This document shows, piece by piece, positions 61,751-64,000 of a DNA stretch of 64,000 bases; positions within the stretch are counted from its first letter, which is position 1; each line of letters opens with the position of its first letter. The notes beneath the pieces were generated by a model. That model was not told where the DNA came from and did not search any database. It was given only the letters and a program-made list of their open reading frames with translations. The stretch spans positions 95,046,001 to 95,110,000 of the forward strand of contig OZ320314.1 in NCBI GenBank assembly GCA_976226885.1. Reading direction: 5' to 3'. The position numbers and the translations under genes are program-made. Source of the DNA: Iphione sp. A-MEVVRFRX5. Lineage: Eukaryota.

Positions 61751-63399
61751 GGCAAACATAGTTATGTTATCTGAAGGAAGGCTTTGATTTGGAAACAGAA
61801 AATATACTCTCTTGTAGACGCACGCCTTCTACAGAGCACCGCATCGACAGGAAAGAAGGCTCCGGATCGACGAACGCTTCTGGAAAACGAGCGGTTATCC
61901 TTGTAACAATTGAGTTAAGGCCTTTCGGACGAGTTCTTGTAGCCATTCTCCGACCTCGGTTCATTACGCACTGCAGACAGCGGGTCGCAACGGACGAGAG
62001 GACTTCCCCATTGTCTCCTTCCACCCAATCGCCGTCACTTACGCCTATAAAACTGCGAATAAGGAATGTGACCCTCGCTACCCAGCTTGGTTTGTTTTCT
62101 TTAACGCAGCGAAGCCAGCGACTTGGCTTCGTATAATTGGAACAAATTATCCAATTAAATGCATACCGTGAAGAATCGTTATTTATGGTTCTAATGGAGT
62201 CTAAGTGCACAGCTCTGGCGACAAATGGGATACATTTGCAATATTGATGCGTTGCCCGTGGAAGATTTTGATTCGTGTTATTATGAAGTGAGTCAGTTCC
62301 CATATGGCTTTCATATTGTTGAGTACTTCAGCCTGTGACCTTACACCGACCATTCAATCCTAGCCCGTCTACGGTTCACGTGACCTTGGATAGATGCAAG
62401 AGGCTAATAATAGCTGTCATTTTATTGCATGATGATACACTATTAAGATATATCTAGGCTTTATCAGTTTCAAAGTTGCTTGAACTTTGCATACTTTTAG
62501 AGGAATCTGTGGAGCAGCACTTGCTTATGCTGCGCCTGTGGGAACATACACCTACACGTGTCTCTGATTTACGTGTATCCCTTGGATTAACCAGACACAG
62601 TATTACATGTTCACGTGTGTCTTATACGGAAATATTGGGCCGTATTTTTGTAGTCTCATTGGAGAAAGTCTTGGGATGCACGTAAAAGTGTACAGCTGCG
62701 CACGCCGAGGAACTGTCGCAAAGATAGCACTGCATTGCTCTATTGGCCCCCACACTCTCTGGTGGCAGCCCGGAAATGGACTCGACAGCGCCGCCTGCTA
62801 AGTGTCCGACATAGGAGACAAAAGTGCTGCCCCACTGCGGAGGGCGCTAATACCAGCGTGGGCTGGTCGGCAGTATCGGGGGTGGCAGTCATCAATGCCG
62901 GAGAAGCACCCGCCCTGAGAGCTTCGTGTCCTCCTACAGCGCACCCCTGCACATGGCAGCTCGCAGGGTTCTGTGAGGTAACAGACAGCGGCATCCGTCG
63001 TCCAATCTTATCGGATTCCCGGCATTGCCAGATTTATACAGGGAGGGTTATCATTGCGGCCTCCGCAGCTCCTGCAACAAGGGAGGGCTCTATCTATATT
63101 GGATATCTAGCAGCTTGTGTCTCGGCACGGTCGGGCGACGTGCGGACCCATCTGGATCGGAGTGACCCGATGGTTGCTAGCCCGCCCGTAGGGTCATCGG
63201 GCGGCCGGGCGCGCTTGGCCGTGAATCACACGCCGGCAACTGGATATCGGCATGCAGGAGGCAAACGGCGATCCATCATTGGCGTCGGCGACGGCGAAAA
63301 TTCACGGAGATCGCCGATAAATTGAAGTTGTAGTGGTCGGCGATACTTGTCCCTGAAGAGGTGGTTGCTGCCTGTGAACTGTAGAGGAGAGCCACAGGA

Positions 63400-63515
63400 A
63401 AGTGAGAAGAGTTCGAGAGAAAGAGAGAGAAAGTGAAAGAAAGACTGGGAGAAAGAAAGGAAGAAAGAAGGGAAGGAGGGAAGGAAGGAAGGAAGGAAGG
63501 AAGGAAGGAAGAAGA
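63400..63515. repeat. Purine tract ending in (GGAA)n microsatellite
   Basis: About 8 perfect GGAA units at about 63479-63510 within a GA-rich stretch. Confidence 0.95.
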
Positions 63516-64000
63516 GCCTGCATCCAAGTGGAAATTTGAAATATATAGCTCACGTATAGACTCGTACACGTGGATAGCACAATACAGGAATTCATGTTGC
63601 GCTTTCCCCAGACAACGTCACACATTGGCTGAGATAATATCCACGACACGCTCCCTAAGCCATTTTCCGGGCTCTCCTAGGAGGCATATCCCTGTCAGAT
63701 TAATTTCTACATCCGTGACAATCACATCCTAAACTGAGGCTACTGGATGCAATCAAAATGCTAATTGCTGGATTATATTTTTTCCCTTAGAGATTCATGC
63801 CTACTGATACCCAACTGGTAATGCCCATCAAAAGTCCAATTTAAATGTCAGCTAATCTAACGTAGTTTTCTTGGCATTGACAAAAAACGAGGAGAGGTAA
63901 CTGTTAGTCAGAAAAAACAATGCATATAAAAGAATCTTATCAGAATTATCTTTTATACAGGCATAAAATAGTATAAATTTTCCCTACGTTTGTATGGCTG

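Noticed and set aside
61767-63325. ORFs of 178-196 aa in the GC-rich terminal region
   Set aside because: Overlapping ORFs on both strands with no motifs, as expected from high GC and fewer stops.

Overview
Repeat-rich eukaryotic, probably marine-invertebrate, genomic DNA (about 40% GC, microsatellites, many TACATGTA motifs). The host is not determinable from the sequence alone, and no host protein-coding gene could be named. The main feature is an apparently intact minus-strand non-LTR retrotransposon (about 19350-25830, possibly to 26718) of the CR1/L2 group (Crack/Daphne-like), with three consecutive open ORFs. ORF1 (623 aa from the ATG at 25608) has a coiled coil, an L1-type RRM/CTD and a C-terminal NADAR (YbiA/DUF1768) domain. 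A separate 230-aa SGNH/GDSL hydrolase starts 4 nt after the ORF1 stop. A 948-aa APE endonuclease-RT follows, then AATAAA and an A23 tail. The NADAR fusion plus free-standing esterase cistron is the best candidate for an undescribed system. The rest of the window holds decayed LINE copies, DIRS/Ngaro-like gag remnants, a tRNA-derived SINE, pogo/Tigger-like and GGCC-terminated MITEs, simple repeats, CpG-rich promoter-like patches and a few motif-level regulatory or exon candidates. All family assignments come from visual motif recognition; no database search was run.
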